Positions 1 to 8,819 of a stretch of 64,000 nucleotides of DNA are shown here, in pieces. Source of the DNA: a virus; IMG/VR virus record IMGVR_UViG_3300025425_001694; one strand, written 5' to 3'. A program made the translations under genes and the position numbers. The notes below the pieces were generated by a model, which saw only the letters and a list, made by a program, of their open reading frames with translations, did no database searches and had not been told where the DNA came from. Position 1 is the first letter of the stretch. Every line of letters begins with the position of its first letter.

Positions 1-16
1 CAGAGGAAAAGATGCA

Positions 17-808
17 ATGAATAAATTTTTAACGACAACAGCAATCGTGTTTGCAAGTTCTACAGCTTTCGCAGAAGAAACTACTGTATTACCCCACGTC
101 AGCATTAGTGGTGAAATAGAAACAGTAATCGCAGAAACCGCTGGAGATAAGTACGGTGCTACTACATCTTTGGATTTGGACATCGAAGCAATGCATGGAA
201 TAGCTTTTGGTACTATGGATTTTGCTATTGATTCGGGATCTAACGCAATTACACTTGATGAATATTCGGTAGGTACAAATGTTGGAATAGCATCAGTAAG
301 CTTTGGCCGTCAAGGTAACATTTTTGTAGAAGGCGAAACAGGAGCAACTTTACTTGACCCAGCACTAGGTACGAGTGCTATAGTTAAAGCTCATGGCGCA
401 TCTGTTGGTCTCGGTTTTACTGACATAACTGCTGACGTAACTGATATTGAAAATGTACAAGGGGCATATTCCCTTGGCGCAAGTATTTTTGATCTAGCAG
501 TATCTGCAGATTATAATTTAAACTCAGAAGATTGGATCTTGGGTAGTCGTGCAACTACAGATCTAGATAACGCAGCAATTGGTATAACAACAACTTATGG
601 TTCAGCTGCAGAAACATTTGCTTTTGAAGCTGATGCAACTGTATTCGGTATTACTGGATATCTTGCCGGTGATGCTGACGATATGGCTCAAAATGTTGGT
701 GGTTCATATGAAATGAATTTTGCCGGTATGGCATTAAAGTCTGGCATAGATTATAATCTAGATTCTGAAGTAATTGCCCCGTCATTCACGGCAAGCTTTG
801 CATTCTAA
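17..808 (+). CDS. Outer-membrane porin (alphaproteobacterial type)
   Basis: Signal peptide, acidic Gly/Ala/Asp-rich amphipathic beta-strands, C-terminal ...SFTASFAF (terminal Phe, BAM signal). Confidence 0.75.
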   Translation: MNKFLTTTAIVFASSTAFAEETTVLPHVSISGEIETVIAETAGDKYGATTSLDLDIEAMHGIAFGTMDFAIDSGSNAITLDEYSVGTNVGIASVSFGRQGNIFVEGETGATLLDPALGTSAIVKAHGASVGLGFTDITADVTDIENVQGAYSLGASIFDLAVSADYNLNSEDWILGSRATTDLDNAAIGITTTYGSAAETFAFEADATVFGITGYLAGDADDMAQNVGGSYEMNFAGMALKSGIDYNLDSEVIAPSFTASFAF

Positions 809-830
809 TCACTAAAAATAACTTTCTAAT

Positions 831-860
831 AAAAAGAGGAGCTTCGGCTCCTCTTTTTTT
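831..860 (+). terminator. Rho-independent terminator with cUUCGg tetraloop
   Basis: aaaaagaggagc-ttcg-gctcctcttttttt. Confidence 0.9.
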
Positions 861-867
861 ATAAATA
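860..867 (+). promoter_or_regulatory. T4-type late promoter
   Basis: TATAAATA, intergenic, upstream of ORF 900. Confidence 0.75.
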
Positions 868-899
868 GATAGCAATCGTTATGAATATAGGATTAATTT

Positions 900-1484
900 A
901 TGTTTAAGAACTTTATTTTTATTACAATAATGCTGATGGTGTCGGGCGCTGCGCTGGCACAGGACACAGATAATGACGTAATTTACACTGATAATACAAA
1001 CACAAGTGACGTAAACAGTACAAGTAATTCTAAGACCACTGTAAAGTCTCCACCGCCGTCGGCAATTTCACCTTCTATAAATTCTGCAAACTCAGACTTG
1101 TGTACAACCGGTGTATCTGGTGCTGTGCAGACTCAAATACTTGGTATTTCAGCTGGAAAAATGGTTCGTGATATGAACTGTGAAAAGTTAAAGAATGCTA
1201 AAGTATTATACGATATGGGTATGAAGGTTGCAGCTGTTTCGGTGATGTGCCAAGATGAAAGAGTCTTTGATGCTATGATGAACGCAGGAACCCCTTGTCC
1301 GTACAAAGGAATGATTGGTGCAGAAGCAAGGGCGGCCTGGGAAGCAAATCAAGATAAACAACCTAGCAACAACAAACCAAAGAATAAATCAATGAACCCA
1401 TTTAAGGATTTAGGAGAAGATGAAAAGTCAACTATCTTTGGCGGCGGTGCTGTTGGCGCTCTCCTCCTCTTATTGTTACTCTGA
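900..1484 (+). CDS. Secreted Cys-containing protein with C-terminal hydrophobic anchor
   Basis: Signal peptide, S/T/P-rich linker, 4 Cys, C-terminal poly-Leu. Confidence 0.6.
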   Translation: MFKNFIFITIMLMVSGAALAQDTDNDVIYTDNTNTSDVNSTSNSKTTVKSPPPSAISPSINSANSDLCTTGVSGAVQTQILGISAGKMVRDMNCEKLKNAKVLYDMGMKVAAVSVMCQDERVFDAMMNAGTPCPYKGMIGAEARAAWEANQDKQPSNNKPKNKSMNPFKDLGEDEKSTIFGGGAVGALLLLLLL

Positions 1485-2313
1485 TATAAGTTACAGTGTT
1501 ACTAATAATGCAGCGATTGCTGGATTGTCTTGGAGTATGCAGCAAATACTCCCCGATTATTCTGCGCCATATGTTACAGTCCAAATTCATGGTTTAACAT
1601 ACAGATATAAAATGGTAAAAGATCCTGAAACGGATGCCTTAGTTTATATTAGAAACGAAAATGCTGTTGATGGTGGATATATATTTGAAGAAACTGATGA
1701 TTGGTCTGGTAATCCTGGCGGAACTATTCAAAAATATATTAGATTTCCATACAGCGATGCTACTAAATGGGGCGATGGATCTATGAGTGTTGAAGGCGAA
1801 GGGCGCATAGAAAATCCTTTGGCAATATATAATTATAAATTAGATGTAGACGAGCAAGCAATGTTATGCTACGGTAATCCTTTATATGATTCGTCATGCC
1901 CGGGTTTTCAACAAGCATTATTAGATTATTTGAATAACATGGAAACATTAAGTCCTGACGACCCGTTTTATGATGAATGGGTGCAAGCAAATCTTTCTTT
2001 AAATGATGAAAAAGGCAATGAAGAAGTAAAAGAAATAAAAGAACCCAAAGAAAAATTATCAAAATTTGAAAAAAAATTAGGTGGCGAAAATTCTATAGGA
2101 GATTTGGTTAATGGTGCAGAACAAGAAAGAGTATTAGCTGCACTAGCACAAAACCAAAAAATTGAAAATTATTATGCTGTAGTAATACCAGGCGGTGAAT
2201 ATACTGATGAACTAATACTTGAAGATGCAATATTACCAGATAACCCAAGGGCAATGAAAAGTTTAGCATCTGATACTAAACATAATACAATGGTACGCTC
2301 TCAATACGATTAA
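1420..2313 (+). CDS. Secreted hypothetical protein
   Basis: Signal peptide; GGAG RBS; overlaps upstream ORF; PGGEY motif shared with next ORF. Confidence 0.6.
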   Translation: MKSQLSLAAVLLALSSSYCYSDISYSVTNNAAIAGLSWSMQQILPDYSAPYVTVQIHGLTYRYKMVKDPETDALVYIRNENAVDGGYIFEETDDWSGNPGGTIQKYIRFPYSDATKWGDGSMSVEGEGRIENPLAIYNYKLDVDEQAMLCYGNPLYDSSCPGFQQALLDYLNNMETLSPDDPFYDEWVQANLSLNDEKGNEEVKEIKEPKEKLSKFEKKLGGENSIGDLVNGAEQERVLAALAQNQKIENYYAVVIPGGEYTDELILEDAILPDNPRAMKSLASDTKHNTMVRSQYD

Positions 2314-2331
2314 GAACAATAGGAGAAATAT

Positions 2332-2835
2332 ATGTTCAAACAATTATTAACTTTGAGTACATTTAGCATCATTGTAGGCACAGCAGCCTTTGCTAACGAA
2401 ACACCGATTGTAGGTAATGTTTCATCCAAGTGCTCAATATATACAGATAAAGCAGGTGTTTATGGCAACCCTACGCCTGACGAGTTGAGCACACTAGTAG
2501 CAGACGGTGGTGTACTTCCAGTCGTTAGATATGATGTGTCTATTGCTGATTATTACACTGCTAAAATATCATGGCCAAACACATTCTCTAGCAGTCCAAC
2601 ATTGCCAGATGCGATTGCTTGGGACGGCGAAATAGAAGTATCAAATACATCTGACGCTGGCATGTCTGGCTACGAAGCTGCAAAAATTGAGTATGAAAAC
2701 CATACAGAATACGATCTTTCAGTAGCTGGTTCAACGTGGTTTAAAGTAACTTCAGAAGCAATATATGGTGTTGGTAAAGCATTACCAGGCGGTGAATACA
2801 AGGCTAACGTTGTAGCGGAATGCATTGCAAAATAA
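2332..2835 (+). CDS. Secreted pilin/fimbrial-subunit-like protein
   Basis: Signal peptide, GNVSSKCSI first strand with Cys, C-terminal GGEYKANVVAEC resembling GxY terminal strand of chaperone-usher pilins. Confidence 0.45.
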   Translation: MFKQLLTLSTFSIIVGTAAFANETPIVGNVSSKCSIYTDKAGVYGNPTPDELSTLVADGGVLPVVRYDVSIADYYTAKISWPNTFSSSPTLPDAIAWDGEIEVSNTSDAGMSGYEAAKIEYENHTEYDLSVAGSTWFKVTSEAIYGVGKALPGGEYKANVVAECIAK

Positions 2836-3209
2836 TGAAAATTTTTGCTACAATCGCGGTGACACTTTTTGCTAGTAGTGTCACCGCACACGAACTAACA
2901 CCTACATATCCAAAAATATTACCGTCTTATATTACAGGCATATCAGTAATAAAAATGAAATTATGGAATAGAAGAGATGATGTTAGCTTTTATGAAATAG
3001 ATGTATTTGATTCTGAGTGGAACAAAATCTTATTTGCAACAACTGATAAAATTTTGCAGTTAACATATTTGGAGCATAAAAATTTTGAAGTCTTTATAAG
3101 GGACACCGATAAAGATAAAATAACCTTTGTATGTACTTCGTCAAAGCAATTAAAGAAAGACGTCGTGTCAACAGGAATAAAATCTAAAATTTGTTCAAGA
3201 ATAAAATAA
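2835..3209 (+). CDS. Secreted Ig-like, fimbrial-chaperone-like protein
   Basis: TAATG coupling to upstream gene; signal peptide then HELTPTY; two C-terminal Cys. Confidence 0.4.
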   Translation: MKIFATIAVTLFASSVTAHELTPTYPKILPSYITGISVIKMKLWNRRDDVSFYEIDVFDSEWNKILFATTDKILQLTYLEHKNFEVFIRDTDKDKITFVCTSSKQLKKDVVSTGIKSKICSRIK

Positions 3210-3226
3210 CACGAGTGAGATAAAAT

Positions 3227-3631
3227 ATGAAATATATAGTACTATTGTTTATCGTTATTGGTTCAGCTTCATACGCAGATTCATCTTCGTTAAATTTACA
3301 GCTGCCAGGAGCACCAGGCAATTATCAATCTGATAAGTTTCGTGCAGGTGACCTTGATTGTTCTAATGCTATTGGGTCGGCAACTAATTTAGAATTCGGG
3401 GTTACTGGTTTGATTGATAAAGATTATAACGATCCTATAAGTGGTTATAACCAAGACACTAGAACCGACGTTGGTGTATACGCAAGAATAACCATCCCCT
3501 TAGGTAAAAAGGCCAAATCGCGTATCGATTGTAATAGATTATTTGAATTAGAATTAAGAAAAAAGCAATTAGAAGTAAGAAAGCTAGAAAAAGAATTAGA
3601 GCAACTTAGAGAACTACAGTTCGAAAATTAA
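3227..3631 (+). CDS. Secreted hypothetical protein with C-terminal coiled coil
   Basis: Signal peptide, Cys pair, Glu/Leu/Lys heptads. Confidence 0.6.
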   Translation: MKYIVLLFIVIGSASYADSSSLNLQLPGAPGNYQSDKFRAGDLDCSNAIGSATNLEFGVTGLIDKDYNDPISGYNQDTRTDVGVYARITIPLGKKAKSRIDCNRLFELELRKKQLEVRKLEKELEQLRELQFEN

Positions 3632-3678
3632 AGGAAATTAGTTTTGTTTTGTAAATATTTAATAGGAGATTAGGACTG

Positions 3679-4374
3679 ATGGCTGAAGTAGAATTTGGCG
3701 GATTAAAATTTTCTGGTGGTAAGATGTTTGCAGTACTTACCGCACTATCAACATTAGGCGGCGCGGCCTGGGGTGGATTTGAAATATATAAAGATTACAT
3801 GGACATGAAAGAGATTATCCAAAACATTGACATAGATGAAATACAATCCGCTAACACATTACAACTCCAAAAGTTAAATGACGCGATTGGTTACACAACA
3901 GCCATAAGAGAAGACTTAGCATCCGACGTAGAACGTGTAGAAAATGCAGTTCGCCAGTTAGAAGCACAAGTACAACGTGCTGAAGAAACTGTTCGTACTC
4001 TTCGTACTGATGTATATACAAAATTAGATACGTTCGAAGAGCGTTTAAGATTAACGCTAACAAGCAACCAAAATACTATGGCGACACTTCGTGATACAAT
4101 TAGTACAAACTTAGAAACATCCGAAGCACGAATTAAAAGTACACAATCTTCTATAGAAAATATTCTTGCAAGTGTTCGTGATGATTTAAACAACCAAACT
4201 AAAGATGTTACCACGTCTATACGAGAAGTTGAGGCAACTGTGCGACTGTCAGAAAAAGATGTACGCAATGTCATGAAAGAAACAACCAAAGATCTTGAAG
4301 AAAAAATGGCAAAACTTGATAGTGATATAAATAGAATAATACAAGAAGCTCTTGATAATCCATTATCAGACTAG
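3679..4374 (+). CDS. Membrane-anchored long coiled-coil protein
   Basis: N-terminal TM helix then heptad repeats. Confidence 0.65.
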   Translation: MAEVEFGGLKFSGGKMFAVLTALSTLGGAAWGGFEIYKDYMDMKEIIQNIDIDEIQSANTLQLQKLNDAIGYTTAIREDLASDVERVENAVRQLEAQVQRAEETVRTLRTDVYTKLDTFEERLRLTLTSNQNTMATLRDTISTNLETSEARIKSTQSSIENILASVRDDLNNQTKDVTTSIREVEATVRLSEKDVRNVMKETTKDLEEKMAKLDSDINRIIQEALDNPLSD

Positions 4375-4400
4375 TACAAAAATCTTTAGGAGAAACGGCA

Positions 4401-5129
4401 ATGATAGAACAGTGTTCTAAAATGGCAAAACTGGCTGGGATTGCATATCTCGATGAAAAGCCAGCAAAACCAAAATATAAAAAGCTTGGGTATGCAGGTC
4501 ATAATTTTATAGAAAATGATGGAGCACAATGTCACGCTATTTGGAACGATGAAGAAATTGTATTATGTTTTAGAGGAACTGAGCCAAACGAATTTTCAGA
4601 TATATTAGCAGATCTTAATGCTTGGCCTGATAAAGCGAAAGTAGGTGGAAGAGTTCATAATGGTTTCCAAAACGAATTGGAAAAAATTTGGGAAGATATA
4701 ATTGAAATTCTCGAATTAAACAAAGATAAAGAGCTATATATCACAGGTCATTCTTTAGGTGGTGCAATGGCAACAATTGCTGCTAGCCGTTTAAAAGACG
4801 AAATAGAAGCTCTATACACATATGGATCGCCACGAGTTGGTACTAGAAAATTTGTAAAATCTTTTTCTAACGTTGAACATTATCGTCACGTTAATAATAA
4901 CGATGTAGTTACTTCAATTCCACTAGCCTTTATGGGATATGTACATCACCGCCCTCCTCGTTATATCAATTTTCATGGTCATATTAGACCTTTCACTACT
5001 TGGCAAAGATTAAAAGATAAATGGCGTGGCAGACTAGCATCCATCAAACAATGGAAACCATTTGATGGTGCTTCAGATCACGGAATGAATTTTTATGTAG
5101 AATATACAGAGAAAAATAAAAATGTCTAA
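4401..5129 (+). CDS. Lipase, class 3 (alpha/beta hydrolase)
   Basis: FRGT, VHNGF, GHSLGGA nucleophile elbow, YGSPRVG, RHVNNNDVV, C-terminal His. Confidence 0.9.
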   Translation: MIEQCSKMAKLAGIAYLDEKPAKPKYKKLGYAGHNFIENDGAQCHAIWNDEEIVLCFRGTEPNEFSDILADLNAWPDKAKVGGRVHNGFQNELEKIWEDIIEILELNKDKELYITGHSLGGAMATIAASRLKDEIEALYTYGSPRVGTRKFVKSFSNVEHYRHVNNNDVVTSIPLAFMGYVHHRPPRYINFHGHIRPFTTWQRLKDKWRGRLASIKQWKPFDGASDHGMNFYVEYTEKNKNV

Positions 5130-5331
5130 AGAAGTATTAAAAGATGAAGACACTCCTGAAGGAACTTTTGATTTAAGTTTTAGAGTTATGAATAACGAAA
5201 TACTAGGATTCACAATGCGTGTTGATGACTTTAAAGCTAAGTGGCTATTACTTGGTCTTATATCTATCGCCGTTTTAGGATACATGGTTTCTGTTTTCGG
5301 GCCTGTCATAATGTCTACGTTTGGAAGCTAA
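5122..5331 (+). CDS. Small membrane protein
   Basis: C-terminal TM segment; overlaps lipase stop. Confidence 0.55.
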   Translation: MSKEVLKDEDTPEGTFDLSFRVMNNEILGFTMRVDDFKAKWLLLGLISIAVLGYMVSVFGPVIMSTFGS

Positions 5332-5332
5332 C

Positions 5333-5608
5333 ATGGATACATTAGTAAGAATGTTTGGTGATACACTGTGGATTTATACAGCTATCGGCGGGTCAATAAT
5401 CGGTGCTGCGTTTCTGGCCTGGTTTAGAAATACAAAAGCTGCGCTATATCTAATGGGTAAGTTTGATAACGCTTTAGATTACTTGGTAGATCGATTTGGG
5501 TGGGATTGGCTACAAGACGATCCCGAGGCTTGGCGGAAACGCTATCCACGTGTTACTAAAAAAATTGACGACTTAGAATCTCGCGTTAAAGAATTGGAAG
5601 GTAAATAA
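5333..5608 (+). CDS. Small membrane protein
   Basis: One TM segment, C-terminal coiled coil. Confidence 0.55.
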   Translation: MDTLVRMFGDTLWIYTAIGGSIIGAAFLAWFRNTKAALYLMGKFDNALDYLVDRFGWDWLQDDPEAWRKRYPRVTKKIDDLESRVKELEGK

Positions 5609-5844
5609 TGAGTGATAGATTGAATATGCACGATGCTGTGGAAGATCTTAGAAAAAGAATCAATACTCTTCGAGCTCATATGGAAGCAAGTGAATCAAAT
5701 AACAATGTTGTTAATGATGCTGAACATGAAGATCCACCAATACAAATAATAGATAAAGTAGAAGACGAAAAAAAGATAGCAGCTGATAAGAAAATGGCTG
5801 AAATGAAAGCAATGAAAGCTAAACTGTTAGGAAAGAAAAAATGA
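5608..5844 (+). CDS. Hypothetical protein
   Basis: TAATG-coupled ORF. Confidence 0.55.
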   Translation: MSDRLNMHDAVEDLRKRINTLRAHMEASESNNNVVNDAEHEDPPIQIIDKVEDEKKIAADKKMAEMKAMKAKLLGKKK

Positions 5845-5993
5845 ATTGGATTAAAAAAAGATTAACAGAAAGAACTACTCTTGATGGCGCCGTTCTTATT
5901 GCGACTGGCGTAGCAATGATTTTAGTTCCAGTAGATTTAATTGCGTATGCAGTGATTTTCTACGGTGCATGGACTATTTGGAAAAAAGGATAG
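5841..5993 (+). CDS. 50-aa two-TM membrane protein (holin-like topology); not in ORF track
   Basis: Translated by hand: MNWIKKRLTERTTLDGAVLIATGVAMILVPVDLIAYAVIFYGAWTIWKKG; ATGA overlap. Confidence 0.55.
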   Translation: MNWIKKRLTERTTLDGAVLIATGVAMILVPVDLIAYAVIFYGAWTIWKKG

Positions 5994-5997
5994 TATA

Positions 5998-6198
5998 GTG
6001 TTTAGTAAAAAATGTAAACTACACTTAGACGAAGCTGATCAAAAACCTTTGGGGCATATGATGCATGCTCTAACCATAGCAGCTAAATTACAATTGCTAG
6101 TTCCTGTTTTAATTATACATAGTGTAGTGCCAAGATGCTTTACTAATACGGCATCTAACGTAATGAAAGATATATTGAATAAACAAAAAGATACTTAA
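5998..6198 (+). CDS. Hypothetical small protein
   Basis: Likely GTG start after AAGGA; His-containing helical ORF. Confidence 0.45.
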   Translation: MFSKKCKLHLDEADQKPLGHMMHALTIAAKLQLLVPVLIIHSVVPRCFTNTASNVMKDILNKQKDT

Positions 6199-6207
6199 AT
6201 TAATCTA

Positions 6208-6236
6208 TTGACAAATACAAAAATATGTAATATAAT
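6208..6236 (+). promoter_or_regulatory. Sigma70-type early promoter
   Basis: TTGACA-17 nt-TATAAT, perfect consensus. Confidence 0.85.
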
Positions 6237-6272
6237 AAAACAATAAGACTAAGTAAAGGTGAATTTGAATTA

Positions 6273-6866
6273 ATGGACAATTTAAAAAACTTAACAAAAT
6301 CAGAACATCGAAACGCTGAAAGAACTGCGTTTATGCGCAGGCTAATAAAAAAGAATATTGCTCCAGTTCAATACTATGTTTATTTAAAAAACCAATTGTT
6401 TGTATACACTACGTTAGAATATTATGCAGGGCTTAAAGGTATTTTTGAAGGTGAAATGTCAAAATTAGAAAGATCTTCTTCATTACTTCAAGATGTTTTG
6501 GAAATGGAATCGATTGAAAATTTTAATAACACTGATGACGATTTAATACTTTTAGCCGCTAAAGACTACGTAAAATATATTGAAGAAATACAAGACGATA
6601 AAGATAGGCTCTTTGCTCACGTTTATGTAAGGCATATGGGTGATTTATCTGGCGGGCAAATGATTAAAAAATTAGTACCAGGTCCTATATCCTTTTATGA
6701 ATTCGATGGCGACACCGAAGATCTTAAAGGCAAAATAAGAGAAAAACTACATGACGGCCTGGTTGATGAAGCTAAAGTTTGTTTCAGCATGGTTCAAAAA
6801 TTTTTAGAAGAATTGGAACAATATTTTAATGGAACAGACACCGAAGCTGTGGAAAACGTTGAATGA
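6273..6866 (+). CDS. hemO: Heme oxygenase
   Basis: LKNLTKSEHRNAE proximal His helix; AHVYVRHMGDLSGGQMI distal helix. Confidence 0.92.
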   Translation: MDNLKNLTKSEHRNAERTAFMRRLIKKNIAPVQYYVYLKNQLFVYTTLEYYAGLKGIFEGEMSKLERSSSLLQDVLEMESIENFNNTDDDLILLAAKDYVKYIEEIQDDKDRLFAHVYVRHMGDLSGGQMIKKLVPGPISFYEFDGDTEDLKGKIREKLHDGLVDEAKVCFSMVQKFLEELEQYFNGTDTEAVENVE

Positions 6867-7518
6867 ATATGCCAACTATTTAGAAGCAAGGTTTGACGAA
6901 GTCTTTGAACGTTACGAAGAACCAAAAATAAATAAGTTAAATTTTAAAAATTGGAACAACACTTTTTGGAGTTCTAATGTTATTCGTAAGTGTCATTTAA
7001 AAACAATTGTACCTAAAGACGGGCGCGACCATTGGCTAATGCATGTAAACGTGTTTCCGAACACGAATATAGAATTGCCAATCCTTGGGTTTAATATCGC
7101 AGCTAGCCCTAAAAAGATTACTAGTTCGTTTATGGACTATAGCCCTTTATATGGATTTCCACATCCGTATCACGATTATATGGAAATGCGTGTTGCTGGT
7201 TTGGAATGGAACATGCCACAGAATTTGCCACCCTGGGCCAGTGAAATCTTTTCAGGAGATGTGCTTACAGCTGACAACATTGATACTGATGCGGAACTCA
7301 ACCATTTTATCCAAGTCATGACCGATTTGGTAGATTATTACCTAGACAATTTAAATGCGAATGCGCTCGAAACTCAGCGTGATATAAAGCCATTATTAAA
7401 CAGATATTGTCAAAATCAAAAACTAAATCCGCATTTACATCGTTCTATTTTGGCTATGGGCATATCAGAGCAAGATAAAAACGATTACGTAAACAACGTA
7501 TTGTTTGAAGAAATTTAA
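6829..7518 (+). CDS. pcyX: Ferredoxin-dependent bilin reductase (PcyX/PcyA-like), catalytic Asp replaced by Asn
   Basis: RKCHL, MHVNVFP-x-LPILGFN, DYSP, LPPWASEIFS, YCQNQKLNP; overlaps hemO. Confidence 0.8.
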   Translation: MEQTPKLWKTLNEYANYLEARFDEVFERYEEPKINKLNFKNWNNTFWSSNVIRKCHLKTIVPKDGRDHWLMHVNVFPNTNIELPILGFNIAASPKKITSSFMDYSPLYGFPHPYHDYMEMRVAGLEWNMPQNLPPWASEIFSGDVLTADNIDTDAELNHFIQVMTDLVDYYLDNLNANALETQRDIKPLLNRYCQNQKLNPHLHRSILAMGISEQDKNDYVNNVLFEEI

Positions 7519-7728
7519 ATGAAAATATTCAAAGCTATTGCTGCCTATACCAACAATTCACCAAAAAAACAGTTGACATACATGCACTGTTGTGATAATA
7601 TTAATATTATTAGTAATGAAACAGTCCTAAACTTTTCGAACCACAAGTATTTAATAACTGTGGTTTGCTGTAGTAATTGTGGTAGTAAAAAAGCAACCTC
7701 TTACATTAAACACATAAAGGAGATATAA
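7519..7728 (+). CDS. Small Cys-rich hypothetical protein
   Basis: HCC and CCSNCG motifs; abuts upstream gene. Confidence 0.5.
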   Translation: MKIFKAIAAYTNNSPKKQLTYMHCCDNINIISNETVLNFSNHKYLITVVCCSNCGSKKATSYIKHIKEI

Positions 7729-7929
7729 ATGATTGTAAATAAATTCCTAAAAGAAAAGTCAGGACAAAATTTACGCGCTGAAATTCATTCTGACGTGGAT
7801 GGATATAACGTCAAATATTTTATAAATGAAACCATGCAAACTCAAAAAACATTTGCAGGGCAAACTATTCGACAAGTTGAAGATGAAGCAAAAGGATGGA
7901 TTAATTCGGTAGGAGTTATAAACGGTTAA
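7729..7929 (+). CDS. Hypothetical protein
   Basis: AAGGAG RBS. Confidence 0.55.
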   Translation: MIVNKFLKEKSGQNLRAEIHSDVDGYNVKYFINETMQTQKTFAGQTIRQVEDEAKGWINSVGVING

Positions 7930-8162
7930 TGATAGAAACTAGAACCCCGGAAAAAATTCACTTGGCAATTCAAGACAAATTAAAAAGAGGAGCAACTTAT
8001 ATTGATGCTCTTGTTACCTATGCCAAAGAAAACAATCTTGAAATTGAAACAGTCGCAAATATAGTTAAAAAATCTACAATCATAAAGCAAAAAATAAAAT
8101 CCGAAGCTTTAGAAATGAGATTGGTAAAAAAGGAAGAAAATGACGTCACTGAATTATGCTAA
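7929..8162 (+). CDS. 33: Late-transcription coactivator gp33
   Basis: TYIDAL...NLEIETVA...IKQKIKSEA motif; 33-59-32 synteny. Confidence 0.85.
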   Translation: MIETRTPEKIHLAIQDKLKRGATYIDALVTYAKENNLEIETVANIVKKSTIIKQKIKSEALEMRLVKKEENDVTELC

Positions 8163-8736
8163 TGAAGCATCGTTTCGAGTTTATGTCAACTATCTAGCAC
8201 TTAAGAAACATTTCGATACTGATGGTTATGATTATCACAAATATAATGGAAAAATTAGAGCTTCTTTCGATAAATTTCAAACACGAAACGATGCATTCTT
8301 TTTTTATAAGTTATCGAAAAAAGAAGATCCGTTAAAAATTCTTATCGCCAATCTAGTTCGTAATCCAAAGGCTTGGATACGAGAAATAGTCGAAGATCGT
8401 GGTGAAGAAATATATGCCGAATGGGAAAAGAGAATGGATTCTCTAACCTATTCGTATAAAATGGATTTAAAAAAACTAAAAGACAACTATCACGACAACC
8501 TAGCTGTTAACGACGGGCAGCATCCTTATATAATGACTATGTATTTCCAAAAGGAAATTTCTATTGAAACTTTTACTATACTTTCAAAGATTTCTAATGT
8601 TTATGACTATTGGGAAGAAAAAGTAGTTGACAAATTCGTTGCACGTGATATAATAAGATTATCCAAGAAATATTATCCATTCTTGGAAATAGACCAAAAA
8701 AAGTTTTCTGCAATCACTAAAGAATACTTTTTTTAA
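8140..8736 (+). CDS. 59: Helicase loader gp59
   Basis: YLALKKHF..YDYHKYNGK, ISIETF; synteny. Confidence 0.9.
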   Translation: MTSLNYANEASFRVYVNYLALKKHFDTDGYDYHKYNGKIRASFDKFQTRNDAFFFYKLSKKEDPLKILIANLVRNPKAWIREIVEDRGEEIYAEWEKRMDSLTYSYKMDLKKLKDNYHDNLAVNDGQHPYIMTMYFQKEISIETFTILSKISNVYDYWEEKVVDKFVARDIIRLSKKYYPFLEIDQKKFSAITKEYFF

Positions 8737-8744
8737 TATAAATA
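8737..8744 (+). promoter_or_regulatory. T4-type late promoter upstream of gene 32
   Basis: TATAAATA. Confidence 0.7.
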
Positions 8745-8819
8745 GATGGTGGAATAAATCCACAACATACATCGCAATATAAACCAATGCTATATAACGC
8801 AAAACTAGGAGACACAAAT

